The position numbers were made by a program, and so were the translations under genes. Under the pieces are notes generated by a model. That model searched no databases. It was not told the DNA's origin and saw only the letters and a list, made by a program, of their open reading frames with translations. From Corynebacterium glutamicum ATCC 13032 (GTDB taxonomy: Bacteria; Actinomycetota; Actinomycetes; Mycobacteriales; Mycobacteriaceae), in the NCBI RefSeq assembly GCF_000011325.1, contig NC_003450.3, positions 30,001 to 62,000 of the forward strand: a stretch of DNA of 32,000 bases, read 5' to 3'. This document shows positions 1-8,201 of the stretch, piece after piece; the stretch's first letter is position 1; every line of letters starts with the position of its first letter.

Positions 1-654
1 GAACTCAGCGTCCGGAATCTCACATGCACATACGGCAATCACATCGCGCTCAACAACATCACGGCACGCTTCCCAACCGGAAAAATAACTGCCCTCATCG
101 GCAGCAACGGCTCCGGAAAATCCACACTGTTGGAAACTTTGGCGGGCATGCTGGCACCCCGCAGCGGAAGCATTAACAACCTTGTGCCAGAAATCGCGTT
201 CGTCCCCCAACGCAGCCACGTCTCCCATAATTTGCCCATCACGATCAGACAAACAGTCAGCATGGGGCGATGGTCAGCCAAGAAAAACTGGCAACGACTC
301 ACTGCCGCAGATTGCAACATCGTGGACAGCTGCCTCGACCGGCTCGAAATCTCCGGCCTCGCCGACCGCCCCCTCGGCGAAGTATCAGGCGGGCAGCGCC
401 AACGCGCCCTCATAGCGCAAGGTTTAGCGCAACAGGCGCCCTTATTGCTTCTCGACGAACCCCTCGCCGCCGTGGACTCCCACGCGGCAAGTCTTATCGA
501 AGATGTCATTAACCAACAACGCAACCAAGGAACCACAATTATTCTTGCGACTCACGATCTTGATCAAGCACATCAAGCAGATCAGATTATCGCCTTGGAA
601 AAAGGAATCATAAAGCCACAGCGCAAAGCCACTGAATCAATAAAGAAGCGTTAA
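1..654 (+). CDS. ABC transporter ATP-binding protein, metal (Mn/Zn, ZnuC-like) type; 5' end lies outside the window
   Basis: Frame 1 is open from base 1 (ELSVRNLTCTYG...). Walker A GSNGSGKST, ABC signature VSGGQRQR, Walker B LLLLDEP and H-loop ATHD are present. Stop at 652-654. Confidence 0.85.
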   Translation, partial: ELSVRNLTCTYGNHIALNNITARFPTGKITALIGSNGSGKSTLLETLAGMLAPRSGSINNLVPEIAFVPQRSHVSHNLPITIRQTVSMGRWSAKKNWQRLTAADCNIVDSCLDRLEISGLADRPLGEVSGGQRQRALIAQGLAQQAPLLLLDEPLAAVDSHAASLIEDVINQQRNQGTTIILATHDLDQAHQADQIIALEKGIIKPQRKATESIKKR

Positions 655-696
655 TAAAGTTTGACTTGTGCCTCTGACCTGCGTTGACTTGAGTAA

Positions 697-1680
697 ATGA
701 AGCTACCAAGACTCGCCGCAGCGCTCATTGGTGCTGCGCTGTTAATCACGGGTTGTTCAGCTACCGGGGGAGCACCACGGGCAACAGATGGGGCATCAGG
801 CGGAGGAACCGTCGATACGCCTCGGTTGGTTGTCGCGATGGTGAGCCACGGCGCGCCGGGCGATACTTTTTGGGATTTGGTCCGAAAAGGTGCTGAAGAC
901 GCCGCCCAAAAAGACAACGTTGAACTCCGCTATTCCTCTAATCCGGAAATCCCTGAACAATCCAACCTCGTGCAAAATGCCATCGATTCACGCGTCGACG
1001 GCATCGCCATGACCATGCCTAATGCTCAATCACTAGGACCGGTCGCTCAAAAGGCCGTGGATGCGGGCATTCCTGTGGTTGGTCTCAACGCTGGAATGAA
1101 CGAATACCAAGATTATGGAATGACAGGATTCTTTGGTCAAGATGAATCCGTCGCAGGAGCATCCGCAGGAGCGCGCCTTGCCGAGGAAAACGCACAAAAA
1201 GTTTTGTGTGTGATCCATGAACAGGGCAACTCCTCCCAGGAAGCTCGCTGTGGTGGCGTGTCTGAAGGTTTGGGCAAACAAGTAGAAACCCTGTATGTCA
1301 ACGGCATGGATCTCACCTCAGTGAACTCCACCCTGCAGGCAAAACTTGCTCAAGACCGCAGCATTGATTGGGTTGTGGGACTCCAGGCTGGTGTATCAAT
1401 GGCTATTTCTGATGCGGCAGACGCTGCGAACTCAGAAGTAAAGATCGCCACCTTTGATACAAACGCACAGCTCATGACCGCTATTCGTGATGGCAAGATC
1501 CAATTCGCCATTGATCAGCAACCATATCTGCAGGGCTACATGGCCGTGGATTCGCTGTGGTTGGCGCACCGAAACGGCACCACTGTTGGTGGCGGACGAC
1601 CCGTGTACACAGGACCAGCCATTGTGGATGCCACCAACGTTGATGTCATTGCTGAAGCCGTTGGGGAGGGTCTGCGATGA
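697..1680 (+). CDS. Sugar ABC transporter substrate-binding lipoprotein (type I periplasmic-binding fold, RbsB-like)
   Basis: 327-aa ORF. N-terminal signal peptide with lipobox LITGC. Overall resemblance to ribose/monosaccharide binding proteins. ATGA stop/start overlap with the next gene. Confidence 0.8.
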   Translation: MKLPRLAAALIGAALLITGCSATGGAPRATDGASGGGTVDTPRLVVAMVSHGAPGDTFWDLVRKGAEDAAQKDNVELRYSSNPEIPEQSNLVQNAIDSRVDGIAMTMPNAQSLGPVAQKAVDAGIPVVGLNAGMNEYQDYGMTGFFGQDESVAGASAGARLAEENAQKVLCVIHEQGNSSQEARCGGVSEGLGKQVETLYVNGMDLTSVNSTLQAKLAQDRSIDWVVGLQAGVSMAISDAADAANSEVKIATFDTNAQLMTAIRDGKIQFAIDQQPYLQGYMAVDSLWLAHRNGTTVGGGRPVYTGPAIVDATNVDVIAEAVGEGLR

Positions 1681-2702
1681 CAAAAATCAAGAGTGGGGAG
1701 GCGTCGACAAGCATTGTTGAGCGCGCCTTAAAGCGCCCCGAACTGACCAGCCTGCTTGGCGCCGTGCTTGTTTTTACGCTGTTTATGGTGGTCGCGCCGG
1801 CATTTAGGTCATGGGATTCGATGGCGACCGTGCTGTATGCGAGTTCCACGATCGGCATCATGGCGGTTGCCGTGGGCCTGCTGATGATCGCTGATGAATT
1901 CGACCTGTCCACCGGCGTTGCCGTGACAACTGCAGCGCTGGCGGCCTCGATGTTTAGCTATAACCTGTGGCTGAACACCTGGGTGGGCGCGCTGATTGCA
2001 TTGGTGATTTCGCTGGCCATCGGCTTTTTCAACGGCTTTTTGGTAGTGAAAACCAAGATTGCATCCTTCCTGATCACCCTTGCCACTTTCCTTATGCTGC
2101 AGGGTATTAATCTGGCGGTCACCAAGCTGATTTCCGGCACCGTGGCCACGCCAACCATCGCGGATATGGAAGGTTTTCCTTCAGCGCGTGCGGTGTTTGC
2201 CAGCTCGATTCCCATCTTTGGTGTGAATATTCGCATCACTGTTTTTTGGTGGCTGCTGTTTGTTATCGTCGGCACTTTTGTGTTGTTTAAGACGCGCATC
2301 GGCAACTGGATTTTTGCGGTCGGTGGCGATGAAGAGGCAGCTCGCGCAGTCGGCGTTCCCGTGCGTGGCGTGAAAATCGGCCTGTTCATGTTCGTTGGTT
2401 TTGCCGCCTGGTTTGTGGGCATGCACAACCTGTTCCTCTTTGATTCGATTCAGGCTGGTCAAGGCGTGGGTAATGAGTTCCTCTACATCATCGCTGCGGT
2501 GATCGGAGGCATCTCCATGACTGGTGGCCGCGGAACAGTGGTGGGCACAATGATTGGTGCACTCATCTTTGGAATGACCAACCAAGGCATTGTTTATGCA
2601 GGTTGGAACCCTGACTGGTTCATGTTCTTCCTCGGCGGCACCCTACTTCTGGCTGTTTTGCTCAATCACCGATTCGAGCGTTTCAACAAGGAGCGATCAT
2701 GA
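1677..2702 (+). CDS. Sugar ABC transporter permease (RbsC/AraH-type)
   Basis: 341-aa polytopic hydrophobic ORF. Translationally coupled on both sides (ATGA overlaps at 1677-1680 and 2699-2702). Confidence 0.8.
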   Translation: MTKIKSGEASTSIVERALKRPELTSLLGAVLVFTLFMVVAPAFRSWDSMATVLYASSTIGIMAVAVGLLMIADEFDLSTGVAVTTAALAASMFSYNLWLNTWVGALIALVISLAIGFFNGFLVVKTKIASFLITLATFLMLQGINLAVTKLISGTVATPTIADMEGFPSARAVFASSIPIFGVNIRITVFWWLLFVIVGTFVLFKTRIGNWIFAVGGDEEAARAVGVPVRGVKIGLFMFVGFAAWFVGMHNLFLFDSIQAGQGVGNEFLYIIAAVIGGISMTGGRGTVVGTMIGALIFGMTNQGIVYAGWNPDWFMFFLGGTLLLAVLLNHRFERFNKERS

Positions 2703-3460
2703 CAGACCTCATTCAACTCCGCGAAGTATCCAAAAAATACGGTGCTTTCCAGGCCCTCAACGACATCAATTTGAACGTCCGCGCAGGCGAAGTCACCTGT
2801 GTTCTGGGTGACAACGGCGCCGGAAAATCCACCCTCATCAAGATTCTCTCCGGCCTGCATCCCGCCACCTCCGGCGAAGTAATCGTGGCCGGCGATGTAG
2901 TGAATTTTGGATCCCCCCGCGACGCCCTCGACGCCGGAATCGCCACCGTCTACCAAGACCTAGCAGTGGTCGGGCAGATGAGTGTGTGGCGCAACTTCTT
3001 CCTCGGCCAGGAACTCACCGGCCGATTTGGCGTTCTGAAACAAGAAGAAATGCGCCGCATCACCGACGAACAACTCCGCGAAATGGGCATCGAACTCCGC
3101 GATGTCGACGTCCCTGTGGCCTCCCTTTCAGGTGGTCAACGCCAAGTTGTCGCCATCGCCCGCGCCATCTACTTCGGCGCGCGCGTCCTCATTTTGGACG
3201 AGCCCACCGCAGCGCTGGGCGTGAAACAATCTGGCATGGTGCTGCGCTTTATTGCCGCAGCACGCGACCGGGGGATCGGCGTCATTTTCATCACGCACAA
3301 CCCCCACCACGCCTACCTTGTCGGTGATCACTTCATCCTGCTCAACTTAGGCAAGCAGGTCATGGACAAATCCCGCGCAGAAGTCGAGCTGGAAGAACTC
3401 ACCCTCGCCATGTCCGGCGGCGGCGAGCTCGACTCACTCAGCCACGAATTGAAGCGTTAA
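2699..3460 (+). CDS. Sugar ABC transporter ATP-binding protein (single-cassette)
   Basis: Walker A GDNGAGKST, signature LSGGQRQ, Walker B LILDEPTAAL, H-loop ITHN. Confidence 0.85.
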   Translation: MTDLIQLREVSKKYGAFQALNDINLNVRAGEVTCVLGDNGAGKSTLIKILSGLHPATSGEVIVAGDVVNFGSPRDALDAGIATVYQDLAVVGQMSVWRNFFLGQELTGRFGVLKQEEMRRITDEQLREMGIELRDVDVPVASLSGGQRQVVAIARAIYFGARVLILDEPTAALGVKQSGMVLRFIAAARDRGIGVIFITHNPHHAYLVGDHFILLNLGKQVMDKSRAEVELEELTLAMSGGGELDSLSHELKR

Positions 3461-3461
3461 C

Positions 3462-4280
3462 CTACTTCTTCTTTTCGCTCTGGGTGCGCTGAGGTGCATT
3501 CTTCTTATCAAACTCAGCCTGAATGGCCTCAGCTTCCGCCTCTTCTGCCGCTTCCTGCTCCGCATCGGCCTCAGCCTCGAGCTCTGCCTCTAGTTCAGCT
3601 TCGGTTTTGGCTTCTTCTTCGGTGGTTTCTGCTGGAGTTTCGGTGGCCTCAGCTGGGGCTTCAGTGGTTTCTGGGCTTTCTGTGGAGTACACCAACTCTG
3701 GCTCCTCCACAGCAGCCTCAGCCACAACCTCAGGCTCATCCTGCTCCACGGCCTTCTTCAACTGAACCTCAACCCGTGGAGGCTGGGTGCCTGGGGTTTC
3801 CTTCTTGGTCTTGTTCAAAAACGCGTAGGCCACCGCGACGATGCCGGAGGTCGCTAGCGCCGCCAACGACAGATTGCGCACCCAGTGCGACTCCTTCTTT
3901 TCAGTCGCCTTGCGGGCTGCCTTAGCGGCCTTGTCTGCTTTTCGACGCGCCTTCCGGTTCAATTTCTTGCCCGATTCACGTGCGTCCTTCAACGCAGAAG
4001 TGCCCTGCTTGTCAGCCTCAGCGAGCGCCTTTTCCAGACGAGCACGAGCAGCCTTGGTGACATTTCCAGCCTTATCGCGCGACTCAGTATAAAATTCCTT
4101 CGCTGATTCCCGCGCAGTCTCTACAGCCTGCTCAGCTTTTGGTGCATATTCACCAGCAGCTTGGGACAACGCATCATAAGTCTCAGACACCTTGCGGTCG
4201 CGGTAATCCGCATAAGTTCCATAAGCTTTACGTGCGCCATCCACTACTAACTTGAGGTTGCCAATCGTGCTCATATTCAA
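3462..4280 (-). CDS. Hypothetical membrane-anchored protein with a charged helical N-terminal region and an Glu/Ala-rich acidic C-terminal region
   Basis: 272-aa ORF. One predicted TM segment (LSLAALATSGIVAVAYAFL). K/A/E-rich helical N-terminus. Low-complexity tail EAELEAELEAEADAEQEAAEEAEAEA. No recognisable catalytic motif. Confidence 0.55.
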   Translation of the reverse strand: MNMSTIGNLKLVVDGARKAYGTYADYRDRKVSETYDALSQAAGEYAPKAEQAVETARESAKEFYTESRDKAGNVTKAARARLEKALAEADKQGTSALKDARESGKKLNRKARRKADKAAKAARKATEKKESHWVRNLSLAALATSGIVAVAYAFLNKTKKETPGTQPPRVEVQLKKAVEQDEPEVVAEAAVEEPELVYSTESPETTEAPAEATETPAETTEEEAKTEAELEAELEAEADAEQEAAEEAEAEAIQAEFDKKNAPQRTQSEKKK

Positions 4281-4377
4281 CTCTCCTTAAATTGGTCGCG
4301 TTCTTCTAAGACCCCACATTAGTAAAAGCATGGGACATGTGGTTGGCATTTCGCTCGATGTAGTTATGATGGGCGTT

Positions 4378-4902
4378 ATGACTTCTAAGACCGCAACTGC
4401 GATTCTGCATACAAATCGCGGAGACATCACCATCGACCTGTTCGGCAACCACGCTCCAGAGACCGTCGCTAACTTCGTTGGCCTGGCACAGGGCACCAAG
4501 GACTACCAGTCCGCAAACGCTCAGGGCGACAGCGAAGGTCCGTTCTACAACGGATCTGTCTTCCACCGCGTCATCGACGGCTTCATGATCCAGGGTGGAG
4601 ACCCAACCGGCACCGGCCGTGGCGGCCCTGGCTACACCTTCGCTGATGAATTCCACCCAGAGCTGCGCTTCGACCGCGCATACCTGCTGGCAATGGCAAA
4701 TGCGGGCCCAGGCACCAACGGTTCCCAGTTCTTCATCACTGTGACCCCAACCCCTCACCTGAACAACGCTCACACCATCTTCGGTGAGGTCACTGACGCT
4801 GAGTCTCAGAAGGTTGTGGATGCAATTGCAACCACCGCAACCGATCGTTACGACCGCCCAGCTGACGCAGTTGTCATCGAGTCTGTAGAGATCACCGCGT
4901 AA
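4378..4902 (+). CDS. ppiA: Peptidyl-prolyl cis-trans isomerase A (cyclophilin type)
   Basis: Cyclophilin signature FHRVIDGFMIQGGDP and NGSQFFIT. The ORF is open from 4330, but homology starts at MTSKTATAILHT (ATG at 4378). Confidence 0.9.
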   Translation: MTSKTATAILHTNRGDITIDLFGNHAPETVANFVGLAQGTKDYQSANAQGDSEGPFYNGSVFHRVIDGFMIQGGDPTGTGRGGPGYTFADEFHPELRFDRAYLLAMANAGPGTNGSQFFITVTPTPHLNNAHTIFGEVTDAESQKVVDAIATTATDRYDRPADAVVIESVEITA

Positions 4903-4927
4903 CAGCCACCTCTACGTACACTAATCT

Positions 4928-4965
4928 TCAGGTTATGCCGCAAGCCGGTATGACCTGATTTTTTT
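4928..4965 (+). terminator. Rho-independent terminator downstream of ppiA
   Basis: Stem tcaggttatgccg / cggtatgacctga (with G-U pairs) followed by a T7 run at 4959-4965. Confidence 0.7.
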
Positions 4966-4981
4966 ATGCCACAAAAACCTG

Positions 4982-5671
4982 TTGAAAGACCAGTTGAAGA
5001 TTGTTGGATTCATGAATGTAGAACGGATTTATCGACAAGCGCCAGCAAGTACGTTGATCTCTTTAGCCATCATCGCTGTGTACGCAGTGACGGCCATTCA
5101 ATCGAGATCAGTGACAGACAACCTGGGTTCAACCAGTATCGGTGACGCGTGGATTCTGTACGCACCGCTGATGGATGATGGTGGCTTTGGTCCACTGCGT
5201 GCCATCGGAGGAATGTTCCTGCACATTGGCCCCGGGCACATGCTGTTGAACCTTGTGTTGTTGTGGTTGCTGGGAAGAGAAATTGAACGAGACTTCGGTT
5301 CTGCGCTTTTCACTGCGATGTACTTTGTGGGCGGTATTGGTGCGTCTGCAGCTGTCATCTGGATGGATCCCTATTCACCGACAGCAGGTGCTTCCGGCGC
5401 CATTTACGCCATGATGGCTATTTTGGTGGGGCTTTTTGTGTTAAGAAGCGCGGATATCCGAGCACCCTTGATCCTTATCGCCATCAACATCGCCTATACC
5501 TTGATGTCCACCAATGTTTCTCTGTGGGGACACCTTGGAGGTTTGATCACTGGAGCTTTAATTACTTGGCCAATGGTTAAAGCGAAAACTCAAAGAACAC
5601 GGTGGATTATCGTGCTCATTGGTTTTGCTGTAGTTGTGGCTGCTGTCATTCTAGGAATTGACCGGGTGTAG
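4982..5671 (+). CDS. Rhomboid-family intramembrane serine protease
   Basis: HxxxN motif (HMLLN), catalytic GxSG (GASGAIYA), TM6 His motif (HLGGLITG), multiple TM segments. The track start is TTG at 4982; an alternative ATG is at 5012. Confidence 0.85.
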   Translation: MKDQLKIVGFMNVERIYRQAPASTLISLAIIAVYAVTAIQSRSVTDNLGSTSIGDAWILYAPLMDDGGFGPLRAIGGMFLHIGPGHMLLNLVLLWLLGREIERDFGSALFTAMYFVGGIGASAAVIWMDPYSPTAGASGAIYAMMAILVGLFVLRSADIRAPLILIAINIAYTLMSTNVSLWGHLGGLITGALITWPMVKAKTQRTRWIIVLIGFAVVVAAVILGIDRV

Positions 5672-5688
5672 ACACATTCCGCCCATTG

Positions 5689-5733
5689 CCCTCACCGGGG
5701 TCAAAAATTTGACATCCGGTGAGGGTATTTCTG
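5689..5733 (+). terminator. Probable terminator hairpin downstream of the rhomboid gene
   Basis: 10-bp perfect stem ccctcaccgg (5689-5698) / ccggtgaggg (5716-5725), followed by a T-rich tail tatttctgt. Confidence 0.5.
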
Positions 5734-5761
5734 TATCTATCGCTTGACAGGAATTGAACTA

Positions 5762-5779
5762 AATTACAATTTTGTAATT
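5762..5779. repeat. AT-rich 7-4-7 palindrome AATTACA-ATTT-TGTAATT, copy 1 of 2; function unknown
   Basis: Read directly. It is followed by CACCGA. The second copy at 5953-5970 shares 15 of 16 nt across TTTTGTAATT(C/T)ACCGA. Confidence 0.6.
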
Positions 5780-5806
5780 CACCGAGTGAATTAACCCCGT
5801 GTTAGC

Positions 5807-6242
5807 TTTTCCACAGAATGTGTAATTCCAAGTTTCCTCTTTGTACACATAACAACATTGAGCTTCCCACACGCCTGTGCACAGTTCTGTGGATGAATGT
5901 GGATAACTCACAACAGTTCAAGTTATCCACAAAAGTTATCCACACTGTGGATAGTTACATTTTTGTAATTTACCGATACATTGAGCCAATTTATTATTCG
6001 AACACGTAGATGGCTTGGAAACACTGACGTCAGCACCTGTACTATTCGAACAAATCACAACCCGGTGGAAACTGTTCACAGAGTTATCCACAGGCTGTGA
6101 AATGGTAGGTATACCTGACAGTGTCAGTCTAAAACTGTTCCATTCACAACTTGTTCCACAGCCTGTGGATAACTTGAGGAAAAGCGATTAACACACACTT
6201 GTCCACAGATCGATGTGTATAACTCCGAACCCCTGTGGATAA
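5807..6242. promoter_or_regulatory. DnaA-box cluster: 6 perfect TTATCCACA boxes plus 5 one-mismatch boxes, on both strands
   Basis: Perfect boxes: 5898-5906(-), 5923-5931(+), 5936-5944(+), 6084-6092(+), 6164-6172(-), 6234-6242(-). One-mismatch boxes: 5807-5815, 5888-5896, 5946-5954, 6199-6207 (TTGTCCACA), 6214-6222. A weaker box lies at 6152-6160. All six perfect boxes share the extended 12-mer (A/G)AGTTATCCACA. Confidence 0.85.
5953..5970. repeat. AT-rich 7-4-7 palindrome AGTTACA-TTTT-TGTAATT, copy 2 of 2; function unknown
   Basis: Read directly. It is followed by TACCGA and sits immediately after DnaA boxes 5936-5954. Confidence 0.6.
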
Positions 6243-6243
6243 C

Positions 6244-7242
6244 TCAGGGGGTAGGGATGCGCGCACAGTCAGCTTGGTACTGCATCGGTGTGCAACCATG
6301 AGTGGCGGTGAAAGCACGGTTGAAAGCAGGTAAGTGTGAGTATCCGAGGTTCCGTGCGACTACCCCCGGGCTTAGCCCTTTGCTTAATTGAATGCGCGCC
6401 AAAGTCATTCTTCGCAGAAGTCCCCAGCGCTGCACCGCAATGCCAGTCATGTGTGCAAACTCTTCCGCAATTCCGCCGCGAATAGCAGAAACATTAGTTT
6501 CTCGGGAGACTGCAAGATCAACTGCCAAAGAAATTAATTCATCATTGTGATTTTTGGTTGGCGTGTTTTTCGTGGAGCATTTTGGAAAAGGTAGGGAGAA
6601 GCACTGATCCGGGGCCGCTTTGTGCGGGTGAAAAGGAGTGTAGGCAGAAATCGTGCATTGCAAAAGCTGCTGAATAGAGCAATCAAACTGAATGATGTCC
6701 ACATGTTGGGCACTGATTGAATGGGAATCTGGAACTTGGTAGCCCAACGGCAACATGAGTCCGCCCGCAGGAGTGTGAAGATCCAGGCGCATTCCAGCTG
6801 GAAGAATTAACCCTTCACCTTGATGAACAGTGAGTTCTCTATCAGCTACTCGAACGGTGGATGTTCCTTGAAAAGCCCACACCATGATGTGAGATCCATT
6901 GATCCGAGACCATGTTTCATTTGCTGGAATCTCTAAAGATGCGAGTTGGGGCAGTGGTGGATCAAGATGTTGCGGTTCTGGAAGTGTAAGAATCTGATTG
7001 GGTGAGATCCCCATATGAGTGCGAAATGCTTTGGAGAGGTTGCTTGCTCCAGAAAAACCAACGTGATGAGCTGCCCATTCTGCGCTGTCGCCATCGGAAA
7101 GATAGGCAACTGCAAGGCTTAACCGGGTGCGTGTTCTCCAGGTGCTGATGTTTAGCCCTGTTTCATCGAGAAAACGGCGCTGTGAAAAGAAACCAGACGA
7201 TTCGGGTTGCAAAGCTTTCTGTGCAGTTCCGTCCCCGGACAC
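6244..7242 (-). CDS. AraC-family transcriptional regulator with an atypical N-terminal extra half HTH domain; start uncertain
   Basis: C-terminal full AraC DNA-binding domain (…GLSPGVVARNLGYSHLPAFNRAFTATHGCTPMQY). Central cupin-like segment (HIMVWAFQGTSTVRVADRELTVHQGEGLILPAG). The N-terminal 80 aa look like the second half of another AraC HTH domain (VGFSGASNLSKAFRTHMGISPNQ). The 5' end overlaps the divergent permease ORF by 61 nt. Confidence 0.75.
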   Translation of the reverse strand: MSGDGTAQKALQPESSGFFSQRRFLDETGLNISTWRTRTRLSLAVAYLSDGDSAEWAAHHVGFSGASNLSKAFRTHMGISPNQILTLPEPQHLDPPLPQLASLEIPANETWSRINGSHIMVWAFQGTSTVRVADRELTVHQGEGLILPAGMRLDLHTPAGGLMLPLGYQVPDSHSISAQHVDIIQFDCSIQQLLQCTISAYTPFHPHKAAPDQCFSLPFPKCSTKNTPTKNHNDELISLAVDLAVSRETNVSAIRGGIAEEFAHMTGIAVQRWGLLRRMTLARIQLSKGLSPGVVARNLGYSHLPAFNRAFTATHGCTPMQYQADCARIPTP

Positions 7243-8201
7243 TGATGGTAGTGCTCATCGCGGTTACGTTGGTGGTGATTCTTATTCATTTGAGTCTGAC
7301 TGTTGGTTCCATCACTGCATCGCAGGCGTGGTCGGCGGTCGTAGGAGTGGGTGATGCTTCTGATATTCGTTCAGTGCAATCACGGCGCTTGCCTCGAGTG
7401 CTGACAGCGGTAGGAGTGGGCGCTGCGCTGGGATTATCTGGCGCTTGTTTCAGTCCGTGTCACGTAACAGTGCTGGGCTCACCAGACATCATTGGATTTA
7501 CCACGGGAGCTGCCACAGCTGCGGCGATCAGCATTATTTTCTTTGATGCAGGTGTGGTCTTAACCGGAGTGGCAGCCATTCTTGGTGGACTTGCGACCGC
7601 AGTTTTTGTCTATCTCATGGCCAGACAAAATAGCAATACCGGCGGGTTGCGTCTGGTGTTGGTTGGTATCGGAACAGGTGCATTTTTGGGTGCTGCTCGT
7701 GATTTCTTCATGGTGCGCGCAGATATTACGGGTGCTTCGACGGTACAGCTGTGGTCTGCCGGTTCGTTGAGCGGGCGCGACTGGAATCATGCCCTGTTGG
7801 TGTTGATTTCGTGTGCAGTGATTGTGCCAGCACTGTGCATTATTGTCCGCCGTTTACGCCTGATGGAAATGGGTGATGATGCAGCTGGGGCACTTGGAAT
7901 TTCAGTGGAGAGAACACGGTTGATAGCCATTTTGTTGGCTGTGCTGCTGGTGGGGATCGCCACCGCAGCTGCAGGTCCCATCGCTTTTATTGCACTGGCA
8001 GCACCTCAGATTGCCCGGGCTCTGGCCCGGGAGGATGGAGTGCTGGTGGCTGCGTCGATAAGCATTGGCTCTGGGCTGTTAGTTGCGGCGGATTGCCTAG
8101 AGCAACACGTTGATACTGAGCTGCACACGCCCGTTGGCCTGGTGACCAGTTTGCTGGGCGGGGTGTATTTGATGTGGCTTTTGAGCCGAAAGGAGGCATA
8201 A
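7182..8201 (+). CDS. Iron-siderophore-type ABC transporter permease (FecCD family)
   Basis: 339-aa polytopic ORF with typical FecCD organisation. GTG start at 7182; alternative ATG at 7245. Stop directly abuts the next start at 8202. Confidence 0.8.
   Translation: MKRNQTIRVAKLSVQFRPRTLMVVLIAVTLVVILIHLSLTVGSITASQAWSAVVGVGDASDIRSVQSRRLPRVLTAVGVGAALGLSGACFSPCHVTVLGSPDIIGFTTGAATAAAISIIFFDAGVVLTGVAAILGGLATAVFVYLMARQNSNTGGLRLVLVGIGTGAFLGAARDFFMVRADITGASTVQLWSAGSLSGRDWNHALLVLISCAVIVPALCIIVRRLRLMEMGDDAAGALGISVERTRLIAILLAVLLVGIATAAAGPIAFIALAAPQIARALAREDGVLVAASISIGSGLLVAADCLEQHVDTELHTPVGLVTSLLGGVYLMWLLSRKEA

Noticed and set aside
39-536. 165-aa minus-strand ORF, and many similar antisense or overlapping ORFs in the track (for example 651-917, 1958-2428, 10576-10845, 10925-11478, 12004-12627, 13635-14153, 21999-22508, 23372-23881, 25594-26091, 30108-30653, 31347-31745).
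   Set aside because: They lie antisense to, or out of frame within, strongly supported genes. They have Arg/Pro/Ala/Ser-rich compositions typical of shadow ORFs in GC-rich DNA, and they lack motifs or ribosome-binding sites.
3494-3760. GCC/GCT/GAG-rich periodic sequence that might be a tandem DNA repeat.
   Set aside because: It is the antisense of the Glu/Ala-rich low-complexity tail of the 272-aa protein. It reflects coding low complexity and is not a discrete repeat element.
5818-6009. 63-aa ORF inside the DnaA-box region.
   Set aside because: It runs through the DnaA boxes and AT-rich palindromes, has no RBS and an implausible composition. The DNA motifs explain the region better than coding does.
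5672-6243. Reading the DnaA-box region as the chromosomal origin oriC or a plasmid/phage origin.
   Set aside because: No dnaA, dnaN, rep or partition gene is adjacent, and the conserved actinobacterial oriC lies next to dnaA. Origin-like activity cannot be excluded from sequence alone, so it stays a hypothesis under the DnaA-box finding and is not a call.
7100-7250. Possible DtxR (iron box) operator upstream of the siderophore-type permease.
   Set aside because: Only weak partial resemblances to the TTAGGTTAGCCTAACCTAA-type palindrome were seen by eye (aaggcttaacc, gtttagccc). That is not enough to call a site; a matrix scan would be needed.
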